DNA from: an uncultured Acetobacteraceae bacterium
GTDB lineage: Bacteria > Pseudomonadota > Alphaproteobacteria > Acetobacterales > Acetobacteraceae
NCBI GenBank assembly: GCA_964245545.1
Contig: CAXTNN010000002.1
Coordinates: 1-43,962, forward strand
DNA length: 43,962 nt
Direction of reading: 5' to 3'
Both the position numbers and the translations under genes were made by a program. Every line of letters starts with the position of its first letter. Positions within the stretch are counted from its first letter, which is position 1. The notes under the pieces were generated by a model. That model was not told where the DNA came from and ran no database searches. It was given only the letters and a program-made list of their open reading frames with translations. This document shows, one piece after another, positions 1 to 8,337 of this stretch.

Positions 1-339
1 GGCCGCCAGCGCCGCGGCCAACTGGTGGCGGGTCCCCGCGGTGCTATGGGGGGCGTGGCGGGCCGTCGCCTCCGCCATGAGCGCCGGGTCGAGGCCGGGC
101 GGCAGGTCGGTGAGCTGATGCACCACCACGTCCGGCCGCGCCGCCGCGACCGCCCGGCTCAGGGCCGCCGCGTCGTAGGCGTCCACCACGACCGGCTCCG
201 CTCCCAGTTCGGCCAGGAGTGAGGCTTTGCCGCTGGCGCGCGTCATGCCGACGACCCGCCAGCCGTCCCGCCCGAGCAGGGGCAGCAGCCGTCGCCCGAT
301 GGCGCCCGACGCCCCCGCCACGAAGACCGTCCGCGGCAT
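1..339 (-). CDS. NAD-dependent epimerase/dehydratase (extended SDR), 3' end outside the window
   Basis: Not in the ORF track. Read manually from ATG at 339 with GGAGG-like RBS upstream: MPRTVFVAGASGAIGRRLLPLL...RPDVVVHQLTDLP. Rossmann GxxGxxG motif; divergent from the MarR gene. Confidence 0.85.
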   Translation of the reverse strand, partial: MPRTVFVAGASGAIGRRLLPLLGRDGWRVVGMTRASGKASLLAELGAEPVVVDAYDAAALSRAVAAARPDVVVHQLTDLPPGLDPALMAEATARHAPHSTAGTRHQLAAALAA

Positions 340-380
340 ACCACCCCTCCTACCATCGCCAACGGCCGCGCGAGCGGCCA

Positions 381-418
381 GTATCAGTGCACTGTCATTG
401 TATCAGGGTACTGACATC
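381..418. promoter_or_regulatory. Tandem palindromic operators, probably bound by MarR
   Basis: Two 19-bp direct repeats, gtatCAGTGCACTGtcatt and gtaTCAGggtaCTGAcatc, each palindromic, in the divergent intergenic region immediately before the marR ATG. Confidence 0.7.
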
Positions 419-892
419 ATGGGCAAGCGTCCGGACGGCGTCGGCCTGCCGAGGGCGGGCGAGGGCAAGCGTGGCGAGGAAGGCTATCTCGGCTACCTGC
501 TCCGGCAGGCAGCGGCGGCGCACCGGCTCCGGATGGACCGGGCGCTCGCCGACTTGGCGGTCACGGCGCCGCAGTTTGCGGTCTTGACGATGCTCAACGC
601 CTATCCCGGGCAGTCCAACGCGGACGTCGCCCGGCTGGCCCTGCTGACCCCGCAGACGACCAATGCCATCGTCGCGAACCTGGAGCGGGCCGGGTTCGTC
701 CGCCGCCGTCCGCACCCGAGCCACGGGCGCATCCTCCTTGTGGAACTCAGCCCGGCCGGCGCGCGGCTGCTCGACCGGTGCCGGGCGCGGGTTCAGGCCT
801 TGGAAGACGAGCTGCTGGCGGGCGTGTCTGGGGTGGCGCAAGCCGCAATCCGGCGCTGGCTCGTTCGGGTCGCGACGCCGGGCACAGGCTGA
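419..892 (+). CDS. MarR family transcriptional regulator
   Basis: GYLLRQA...QFAVLTML...SNADVARLALLTPQT...LERAGFVRRRPHPSHGRILLVELSPAG winged helix. ATG 419 is preferred over the 227 start in the ORF track. Confidence 0.9.
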   Translation: MGKRPDGVGLPRAGEGKRGEEGYLGYLLRQAAAAHRLRMDRALADLAVTAPQFAVLTMLNAYPGQSNADVARLALLTPQTTNAIVANLERAGFVRRRPHPSHGRILLVELSPAGARLLDRCRARVQALEDELLAGVSGVAQAAIRRWLVRVATPGTG

Positions 893-895
893 GGC

Positions 896-1042
896 TCAGC
901 GGCCGCGCAGGATCGCCCGCATCGCCCGCTCCAGCCCGCGCACCGCCGCGGCAGCAGCCGGCGAGCCGGCGCGGGCGACCATCACCACCTCCGAAGCCGG
1001 CAGCGCCGGTAGGCCGAGCGACGGACCCCGGTCGGGCAACCC
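896..1042 (-). pseudogene. C-terminal remnant of a LysR-family regulator
   Basis: Manual translation GLPDRGPSLGLPALPASEVVMVARAGSPAAAAAVRGLERAMRAILRGR* resembles the end of a LysR substrate-binding domain. The 5' part is replaced by the ISL3 remnant. Confidence 0.55.
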
Positions 1043-1225
1043 TCAGGTCATACGCCAGCGGTCGACAGGCTGCACAGACACGGGCGAAGCTGGCCGCAAG
1101 GTTAGAGAGGCGACGACGAGGGAAGGCCAGCGAAGAGCCAGGAAGGCGAAGAGGGCATACTCCATCGCACGGTCACACGCGATCACCTCGATTTCGGGTC
1201 GTTGGCGCAGCCAGTTCGCCACCAC
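1043..1225 (-). mobile_element. ISL3-family transposase remnant
   Basis: VANWLRQRPEIEVIACDRAMEYA...VQPVDRWRM resembles the ISL3 core (WLxxHPxIEVIxRDRxxxY...QVADRWH). No intact ORF or inverted repeats seen. Confidence 0.65.
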
Positions 1226-1390
1226 GAAAGCGATAGAGGATCACCACCAATGCAGTTACCCGCGGTTTGTGACAGGCGCACGGAAATCGGCCGCACCGGC
1301 GGTCTGGCGTCCGGGCGCCCTTTGGACCAAAGTCGCTGCAAAACGCATTAGGAGGAGGAATGATCCTCTCATGCCGTTGCAGGCCCGCGT

Positions 1391-2332
1391 ATGCCAGCAC
1401 GCATTAACATAGGTCCGGCCGAGTTTGAGACTTTCCTGGTGATCGCCGAGCTCGGCAGCTTCAGTAAGGCTGCCGAGCAGCTTTCCCTGGCCCAGCCGTC
1501 CATTAGCAACCGCGTGCAACGGCTCGAACGCGCCGTACGGACCCGCTTGTTCGAGCGGACGGCACGCGTCGTCGTGCTCACTCCGGCAGGCGAGCGCCTG
1601 CGCGCCCGGGTCGAGCCGCTGATCCGCAACCTTCAATCCGTCATCGAGGAGTTCTGCACGGAGGCGGAGACGCGTAGCCATTCCGTAGTGGTCGCCACAA
1701 CTCCGATGTTGGCGACCGTGCTGATGCCGCCGATCATCAACCTCTTCACCAAGGCCAATTCAACGGCCAGGGTGGAGTTGCAGGACCAGGTCACGCCGCA
1801 ACTCGCGTCCCAGATCCGGTCCGGGCACGTTGATTTCGCCGTCGTCGCTCGGCGCCTACCGATCGAGGGTGTCGAATTCGAGCTGGTCACGTCCGACCGC
1901 TTCATGGTGGTCGGCCCACGGGGTCACCCTCTGCTCGCCGATGGCTTGGTGACCTTGTGCGATTTGGCGCGCCAGCCTTTCCTGCTGCTCGGCGCCTACA
2001 AAGCCCTGCTGGCCGGGCTGGCCGCGGAGGCCACAGCCCAGGGATACGAGTTGGCCGCCGCGCATACCGCCACGAACGTTTCGACCCTTCTCGGCCTGGT
2101 ATCGGAAGGATTGGGGCTGACCTTGCTGCCCGGCTTGGTCCTGAGCCTCGGCGGCATCATCGACGACAGCCGTTTCGATGTGGCCGAGTTGGATGGAACG
2201 GTGCTCACGCGCGACTGGGGCATCGCATCGCTCGTTGGGCATACTTTGTCGCCGATTGCCAATGCCTTCGCGGCCGCAGTACGGAAGGAACTGCTGGCCC
2301 ACTCCTCGAACGAGCCGCCGCAGCCGATATAG
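1391..2332 (+). CDS. LysR family transcriptional regulator
   Basis: FLVIAELGSFSKAAEQLSLAQPSISNRVQRLE HTH, LFERTARVVVLTPAG, 313 aa. Confidence 0.95.
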   Translation: MPARINIGPAEFETFLVIAELGSFSKAAEQLSLAQPSISNRVQRLERAVRTRLFERTARVVVLTPAGERLRARVEPLIRNLQSVIEEFCTEAETRSHSVVVATTPMLATVLMPPIINLFTKANSTARVELQDQVTPQLASQIRSGHVDFAVVARRLPIEGVEFELVTSDRFMVVGPRGHPLLADGLVTLCDLARQPFLLLGAYKALLAGLAAEATAQGYELAAAHTATNVSTLLGLVSEGLGLTLLPGLVLSLGGIIDDSRFDVAELDGTVLTRDWGIASLVGHTLSPIANAFAAAVRKELLAHSSNEPPQPI

Positions 2333-2364
2333 CCGCAATCTATAGACCCATGGTAGATTTCTAT
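2329..2364. promoter_or_regulatory. LysR-type binding boxes upstream of the SBP operon
   Basis: ATAG-N7-CTAT (2329-2343, T-N11-A) followed 21 bp later by ATGG-N7-CTAT (2350-2364). Overlaps the lysR stop codon. Confidence 0.65.
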
Positions 2365-2443
2365 TTGTTACCCGCTGGGTAGTCGGTGAGACTTATTAAA
2401 ACTCGCAGCCAAGTGCGGGGCGTTAAGAGGGAGCGAGGCAGCC

Positions 2444-3670
2444 ATGACGACCTCCGTCTCGCTGCGGCGCCGGCAGTTGATCCTGGGCGGCGGGGCCGCC
2501 GTGGCCGGCATGACGTTCACCCGGCCTACCCGTGCGCAACCGGTTGCCGGTCCGGTCCGCCTGGGCATGCTTCTGGACCTCAACAGCGTCTACGCCGACA
2601 ATGCCGGCCGGGGCAGTGAGACCACGGCCCGCATGGCCATCGAGGCCTTCGGCAACGCCGTGCTCGGCCGCCCGATCGAGCTGCTGGTCGCCGACCACCA
2701 GAACAAGTCCGACATCGCGGCGGCCCAGGCGCGCGAATGGTTCACACGCGGAGGAGTGCAGGCGATCCTGGAGGTCGTGGCGAGCGCACCGACCATCGCG
2801 GCGATCTCAGCCGCCAAGGAGGCCGACAAGCTCGTGTTCTCAAACGGGGCTGGGTCGTCCGCCCTGACGAACGAGGATTGCGACCCGCACTTCATCCAGT
2901 ACACCTATACGAGCCGGGCTTTCGCCCAGACCGTCGGCCAGGCGCTGACGGCGCGCGGCGCCCTGACCTGGTTCTTCCTGACGCTGGACACGACGTTCGG
3001 GATCCAGTTGGCGGCGGACACGACGGCGGTGGTGCAGGCGGCCGGCGGCAAGGTTCTCGGCTCGGTCAAGGTGCCCACCGGCACGACCGATTTCTCGTCC
3101 TTTTTGTTGCAGGCGCAAAGCTCGGGCGCCAACGTGGTCGGGCTGACCATGGCGGGTGCCGATGCGGTCAACGCGCTCAAGCAGGCGCACGAGTTCGGGC
3201 TGGCGCGGGGCGGGCAGCAGGTCGCGGGGCTGATCGTTTCCGTCAACGACATCGACGCCGTGGGCCTGGAGATCGCGCAAGGCCTGCTGCTGGCCGACCC
3301 GTTCTACTGGAACCTTGACGATGCCACCCGCGCCTTCGCCGGGCGCTATCTCGCCACGGTGGGAAAGATGCCGACCTACGTGCAGGCCGGCGGCTACTCG
3401 TCCACGCTGACCTACCTGAAGGCGGTGCGGGCGGCCGGCACGGTCGAGACAGGTGCCGTCCTGCAGCAGTTGCGCACGATGCGGATCGACGACGCGTTCA
3501 CCCGAAACGGCCACATTCGCAGAAGCGGCCTCATGGTCCACGACATGCACCTGTTCCGCGTCAAGAAGCCGTCCGAGTCCAAAGGGCCGTGGGACTTCTA
3601 CGGCCTCGTCACCACGTTGAAGGGAGAGGACGTGTTCGGGTCCGAGGCGCAATCGAGGTGCCGCCTGTGA
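2444..3670 (+). CDS. Branched-chain amino acid-type ABC substrate-binding protein with Tat signal
   Basis: SLRRRQLI twin-arginine leader; ADHQNKSD, TTDFSSFLLQAQSSGA and MVHDMHLFRVKKPSES motifs typical of the LivJ-like periplasmic binding family. Confidence 0.9.
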   Translation: MTTSVSLRRRQLILGGGAAVAGMTFTRPTRAQPVAGPVRLGMLLDLNSVYADNAGRGSETTARMAIEAFGNAVLGRPIELLVADHQNKSDIAAAQAREWFTRGGVQAILEVVASAPTIAAISAAKEADKLVFSNGAGSSALTNEDCDPHFIQYTYTSRAFAQTVGQALTARGALTWFFLTLDTTFGIQLAADTTAVVQAAGGKVLGSVKVPTGTTDFSSFLLQAQSSGANVVGLTMAGADAVNALKQAHEFGLARGGQQVAGLIVSVNDIDAVGLEIAQGLLLADPFYWNLDDATRAFAGRYLATVGKMPTYVQAGGYSSTLTYLKAVRAAGTVETGAVLQQLRTMRIDDAFTRNGHIRRSGLMVHDMHLFRVKKPSESKGPWDFYGLVTTLKGEDVFGSEAQSRCRL

Positions 3671-3702
3671 CCGTGCGGCCCTTGCGGCAGCAAGGCTGAC
3701 CC

Positions 3703-4791
3703 GTGCCTGGCCCCGTGTTCAGGCGTGACGGCGTCGTGCTCCCTCCGGAGTTCGGCGGCCTGTTCCCGCCCGACAAGGAATGGCTGGCGCGGGAGAGGCC
3801 CGAGGAGATCATCGATCCCGCTTTGCCCATCGTCGATCCGCACCACCACCTCTGGGTCCGCCCCAGCTACCCATACCTGGTGCCGGAGTTCGCCGCCGAC
3901 CTGGCGACCGGGCACAACGTGGTCGCGACCGTATTCGCCGACTGCTCGTCCATGTACCGGGCCTATGGCCCCGCGCATCTGCGGCCGGTGGGCGAAACCG
4001 AGTTCGTCGTGGGCCAGGCCGCGCAAAGCGCAAGCGGCGCCTATGGCAGGACGCGGATTGCCGCCGCCATGTTCGGCTTCGCCGACCTCACCTTGGGCGC
4101 CGCCGTGCGGGAGGTGCTGGACGCGCACGTCGCAGCCGGCAACGGCCGGTTCCGGGGCATCCGGACGCAGTATAATTGGGATGAGAGCGACGCGATCCGC
4201 AACGGCGCCCGCGCGTTGCGGCCCGGGATGCTCGTCGAACCGGCGGTGCTGGCCGGGCTCAAGGTGCTGGCCGCCATGGAACTGGTGCTGGACAGCTATA
4301 TGTTCTTCCCGCAACTGCCGGAGGTCGCCCGCGTGGCCGACGCGCTGCCCGGCCTGACGATCGTGCTCAACCATTGTGGTGGCCCGCTCGGCTACGGCCC
4401 GTATGCCGACAACAAGGCGGAGCACTACGCGGCTTGGAAGGCGGGTATGACGGAGGTCGCCCGGCGGCCCAATGTCATGTGCAAGTTGAACGCCGTGCTC
4501 AACCGCACAGCCGCGTTCGACTACTTCCACGCGGACCGCCCTGCCTCGTCCGACGTGCTGGCCGAGGCCTGGCGCCCGTGGATCGAGCCGTGCATCGAGG
4601 CATTCGGCGCCGAGCGCTGCATGTTCGAGAGCAACTACCCCGTGGAGAAGGTCGGCGTGTCGTGGGTGTCGCTGTGGAACGCGTTCAAGCGGCTGACATG
4701 GCATGCTTCCGAAGGGGAGCGGCTGGCGATGTTCCGTGACACGGCGGCGAGGGTCTATCGCGTGGCCATTGAAAGCGAAGCGGAGAACTAG
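3703..4791 (+). CDS. Amidohydrolase_2 family metallo-hydrolase (lactonase-like)
   Basis: PIVDPHHHLW metal motif, IVLNHCGGP, RCMFESNYP. Confidence 0.9.
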   Translation: MPGPVFRRDGVVLPPEFGGLFPPDKEWLARERPEEIIDPALPIVDPHHHLWVRPSYPYLVPEFAADLATGHNVVATVFADCSSMYRAYGPAHLRPVGETEFVVGQAAQSASGAYGRTRIAAAMFGFADLTLGAAVREVLDAHVAAGNGRFRGIRTQYNWDESDAIRNGARALRPGMLVEPAVLAGLKVLAAMELVLDSYMFFPQLPEVARVADALPGLTIVLNHCGGPLGYGPYADNKAEHYAAWKAGMTEVARRPNVMCKLNAVLNRTAAFDYFHADRPASSDVLAEAWRPWIEPCIEAFGAERCMFESNYPVEKVGVSWVSLWNAFKRLTWHASEGERLAMFRDTAARVYRVAIESEAEN

Positions 4792-4795
4792 CACC

Positions 4796-5680
4796 ATGCG
4801 CACCACCGCCCGGCTACGCCACCTCCTTGCCGCGGATGAGTTGGTCGTCGCGCCAGGCGTGTTCGACGGCATCACCGCCCGGCTCGTGCATCAGGCAGGG
4901 TTTCCGGTGGGCTACATGACCGGGGCAGGCACGTCGTTGTCGCTGGGCTACCCTGATTACGGCCTTGTGACGATGACGGAGATGACCGCGAACGCCGCAA
5001 TCATCACGCGCACGGTCGATATGCCCGTGGTCGCGGACGCCGATACCGGGTACGGCAACGAGCTGAACGTGTTCCGCACGGTGCAGGAATACTGCCGGGT
5101 CGGCATCGCAGGTATCCACATCGAGGACCAGGTGGCGCCCAAGCGTTGCGGCCACCTGGAAGGCAAAGAGCTGGTGGCGCAGGACGAGTTCGTCGCCAAG
5201 ATCCGCGCCGCCGTCGCCGCACGCACCGACCCGGATTTCGTGGTGATCGCCCGTTCGGACGCCCGTGCGGTGACGGGGTTGGACGACGCGGTGCGCCGGG
5301 CGAACGCCGCGCTGGCCGCGGGTGCCGACATGGCGTTCCTTGACGCGATCCCGAGCCTCGAGGAGCTGGCCGCCGTGCCGCGGCGGGTGCACGGCCCTTG
5401 CCTGTTCAACGTGGTGCGCGGCGGCAAGACACCCGACGTAAACCTAGCGGACGTGCAAGCGATGGGCTATCGGCTAGCCATCGTGCCGAGCCTGCTGCTG
5501 AGCGCCATATTCGGAGCGTGCGACACCGCGCTTGCCGCTTTGCGGGACACCGGGCAGCCGCTCGCCGCGGGTGGTGGCCCGCCTATGACCGACCGCTTCC
5601 GCCGCATGGGCGCTGAGGAGTGGGACGCGCTCCGCACCCGGTTCCGCGACGGCGCCAGTCAGCCGGTCATCGTCGCATGA
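4796..5680 (+). CDS. Isocitrate lyase/PEP mutase family C-C lyase (2,3-dimethylmalate lyase/PrpB-like)
   Basis: ATG 4796 (MRTTARLR); YMTGAG, ADADTGYG, HIEDQ, catalytic loop KRCGH. Confidence 0.9.
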   Translation: MRTTARLRHLLAADELVVAPGVFDGITARLVHQAGFPVGYMTGAGTSLSLGYPDYGLVTMTEMTANAAIITRTVDMPVVADADTGYGNELNVFRTVQEYCRVGIAGIHIEDQVAPKRCGHLEGKELVAQDEFVAKIRAAVAARTDPDFVVIARSDARAVTGLDDAVRRANAALAAGADMAFLDAIPSLEELAAVPRRVHGPCLFNVVRGGKTPDVNLADVQAMGYRLAIVPSLLLSAIFGACDTALAALRDTGQPLAAGGGPPMTDRFRRMGAEEWDALRTRFRDGASQPVIVA

Positions 5681-6858
5681 GCGGCGCCGAAGGAGCCGAC
5701 CAGGTTGCGATCCGCTGCACGATCCTGCGCGGCGGCACCAGCAAGGGCGCATACCTGCTGGAGCACGACATCCCGCCGCCTGGCGCGGCGCGGGACCGGC
5801 TGCTCAAGCGCATCATGGGGTCGCCCGACCTGCTGCAGATCGACGGCCTTGGTGGGTCGCGCCTGATCACCTCCAAGATGGCGATCATCAAGCGGTCCGA
5901 CCGGGCGGACGCCGACATTGACTACACCTTCGCGCAGGTCAACCCCGAGCGGGACCAGATCGTCTATACTTCCAATTGCGGAAACATTTCCGCAGGCGTA
6001 GGGCCGTTCGCAATCGACTCGGGCCTGGTCGCGGTGACGACCCCGGTCACAGCCGTACGCATCCACAACACGAACACGGGAAAAATTCTAGTCGCGCACG
6101 TGCCAGTGGCGGGCGGCCGGGCCAAGGTGACAGGTGATTTTGCCATTGACGGGGTGCCCGGGACCGGTGCCGAGATCCGCATGGATTACACCGGCACGGT
6201 CGGTGCCAAGACCGGCCGGATGCTGCCCACGGGCCGGGCCACGGACGAGATCACGTTCGAGGACGGCAGCAGCGTGACCGTCAGCCTGGTGGACGTCGCC
6301 AACCCTTGCGTGTTCGTGCGCGCCGAGGCGTTCGGCCTGGACGGTAGCGAGCTGCCCGAGTTCTTCACCCGCAGCCCCGCCCTGCTGGAGCGCATCCGCG
6401 AGCTGCGCGGCAAGGCGGCCGAGCGGATCGGCTTGGTCACCGACTGGCGCGACGTGGACCGGCAATCGCCCAGCCTGCCGCTGTTCGTCGCCGTGGCGCC
6501 TCCCACGCCCTATGCCACCATGCGGGGCGAGGCCGTGGACCCGGCGTCCACCGATCTGCGAGCCCGACTGGTTTGGTACTACAAGTGCCACGAGAGCATG
6601 GCGGGCACCGGCTCCATGTGCACGGCGGCAGCGTCGCGCATCCCGGGTTCCGTCGTCCACGAAGTGATCGGCACCGAGGCCGCAGCTGCCGGCAAGCTGC
6701 GGATCGGGCATCCAATGGGCGTGATGGCCGTGAACGTGCAGGCCGAGCCGTCGAACACGGAAGGCGGTGTCCGCTTCAGTTCGCTCGGGTTCAGCCGGAC
6801 CGCCCGGTGCATCATGGACGGCTTCGTTTACCTTCCGCGCGACTGCCTGGCCGCCTAA
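5677..6858 (+). CDS. PrpF family isomerase (aconitate/3-methylitaconate isomerase-like)
   Basis: RGGTSKG, QIDGLGG, TSK, NCGN catalytic Cys, SRTARCIMDGFV. ATGA overlap with the lyase stop. Confidence 0.92.
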   Translation: MSGAEGADQVAIRCTILRGGTSKGAYLLEHDIPPPGAARDRLLKRIMGSPDLLQIDGLGGSRLITSKMAIIKRSDRADADIDYTFAQVNPERDQIVYTSNCGNISAGVGPFAIDSGLVAVTTPVTAVRIHNTNTGKILVAHVPVAGGRAKVTGDFAIDGVPGTGAEIRMDYTGTVGAKTGRMLPTGRATDEITFEDGSSVTVSLVDVANPCVFVRAEAFGLDGSELPEFFTRSPALLERIRELRGKAAERIGLVTDWRDVDRQSPSLPLFVAVAPPTPYATMRGEAVDPASTDLRARLVWYYKCHESMAGTGSMCTAAASRIPGSVVHEVIGTEAAAAGKLRIGHPMGVMAVNVQAEPSNTEGGVRFSSLGFSRTARCIMDGFVYLPRDCLAA

Positions 6859-6865
6859 GCGGCAG

Positions 6866-8293
6866 TCACCCTGGCGCTACGCAAAGCCCCACGATCCCGT
6901 CCAGCGACGGCGCGTCCTCAATTGCCAGCACCGCGCCGGCTAGGCGCTTTGCGGCGTCCTGGCTGAGCGTGCGGGTGGCGTTGGAAATGAACTTTGCCAC
7001 CACCGCATCCCGCGTCATAGGCACGTCGGGCGAGCCATAGCTGGCGGGCTTGCGCCGGCGCAGCACCCGGCCATCGCGCAGCGTGACCGCGACCTCGCCC
7101 GGGAAATGCACAGGGTAGTCGCTTTCCGGGTCGTCCACCACTTCGGTGATCGCGGTAAGCGCCAGGAGATCGGGCGCGTCCAGCGGGTCGTCGTGGAAGG
7201 CGGCCAAGTCCACGCGACCGCGTAGCAGTGCCAGCGCCACCACGAACTGCACGCTGAACAGCGCTTCGTAAGCGGTGCGCGGCCGATCCTTGTGTTCGCG
7301 CGGCAGCACCACGCCCTTGTGCAGGGACTGCTTCAGCTTGCACTGTATCCGCACGATATCGGCGGGATTTACCTGTGGGTGCAGCTCCAGCGCAGCGTCG
7401 GCGAACGCGTGGATGTAGTGGCAGCACGGGTACGGCTTCAGCGCGATGCCCAGCGTGAACCAGGTCCCGCCCAGATCATGGCTCGGTCGCTTGTCGTCCG
7501 TGGGGACCTTCTGCAAATGGGACGCGTAGAAACCGCGTGGGCCTTCCAATACCGTCGCCGGCCCAAGGAACCCAGCGCGGCCTAGCGCCACGGCCGCAAT
7601 CGCCGAATGCGCCGCCCACCCCGGCCCGAAGCGCTTCAGCCACGATCCGTTCTGTTCCAGGATGCCTGCCGCCTGGCTGCCGCACAGGCCCAGCGCCCGA
7701 ACCAGCGCCGGGGCGTCCAGGCCACCAAGCCGTCCAGCACCCACAGTGCAAGCGAAGGCGCCCGCGATCGGGGTGGGATGAAAGCCCCGCTCGTGGAACT
7801 CGCCCGCGCCCACGGCGGCGATGCGGCAGCCGACCTCCAGCGCCGCGATGAAGCCGCACAGCAACTCTCGCCCGGTCGCCCCCCGAGCTTCGCCCGCGGC
7901 CAGGCAGGCGGCGAGCGCGTGGGCACTGGCGTGGTAGATGGCGCCGATATGGGTGTCGTCGAAGTCGAGGCCGTGAGCCAGGATGCCGTTCACCAACGCG
8001 GCAGACGCCGGCGGCAGCTTGGCGCCCGAGCCGATGGCCGTGGCTCCCGTCCCTTCGCCAAGTTCCCGCACGCCGGATAGTGCGGCTCGGCCGAAATCCC
8101 AGGTTGAGGACGCCAGCGCGATGCCCAGCGCGTCCAGGAAATGCTCCTTGGCCAGCGCCACCACGGTGTGAGGCACGATGTCGAGATCGAGGCCAAGTGC
8201 GAATGCGGCAATCACCTCCGCCTCCGTTTGGCTCGGCCCGATGACGAGGGGCGGGGTTGTGGGGCGGTCAATGGCGATTGCGTCTTGAGGCAT
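6866..8293 (-). CDS. MmgE/PrpD family protein
   Basis: NGILAHGLDFDDTH, GFHPT, KPYPCCHYIH. ATG 8293 with AAGGAG RBS; the 8902 start in the ORF track is an upstream extension. Confidence 0.92.
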   Translation of the reverse strand: MPQDAIAIDRPTTPPLVIGPSQTEAEVIAAFALGLDLDIVPHTVVALAKEHFLDALGIALASSTWDFGRAALSGVRELGEGTGATAIGSGAKLPPASAALVNGILAHGLDFDDTHIGAIYHASAHALAACLAAGEARGATGRELLCGFIAALEVGCRIAAVGAGEFHERGFHPTPIAGAFACTVGAGRLGGLDAPALVRALGLCGSQAAGILEQNGSWLKRFGPGWAAHSAIAAVALGRAGFLGPATVLEGPRGFYASHLQKVPTDDKRPSHDLGGTWFTLGIALKPYPCCHYIHAFADAALELHPQVNPADIVRIQCKLKQSLHKGVVLPREHKDRPRTAYEALFSVQFVVALALLRGRVDLAAFHDDPLDAPDLLALTAITEVVDDPESDYPVHFPGEVAVTLRDGRVLRRRKPASYGSPDVPMTRDAVVAKFISNATRTLSQDAAKRLAGAVLAIEDAPSLDGIVGLCVAPG

Positions 8294-8337
8294 GGTCATC
8301 TCCTTGAAGCCGTTGATGTTCCGCGGCGTGTGTCCGG

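Noticed and set aside
4796-8293. Methylcitrate cycle operon (prpB/prpF/prpD)
   Set aside because: No methylcitrate synthase, propionyl-CoA synthetase or AcnD in the window; the lyase motif is YMTGAG; PrpD is on the opposite strand. Gene symbols were therefore not assigned.
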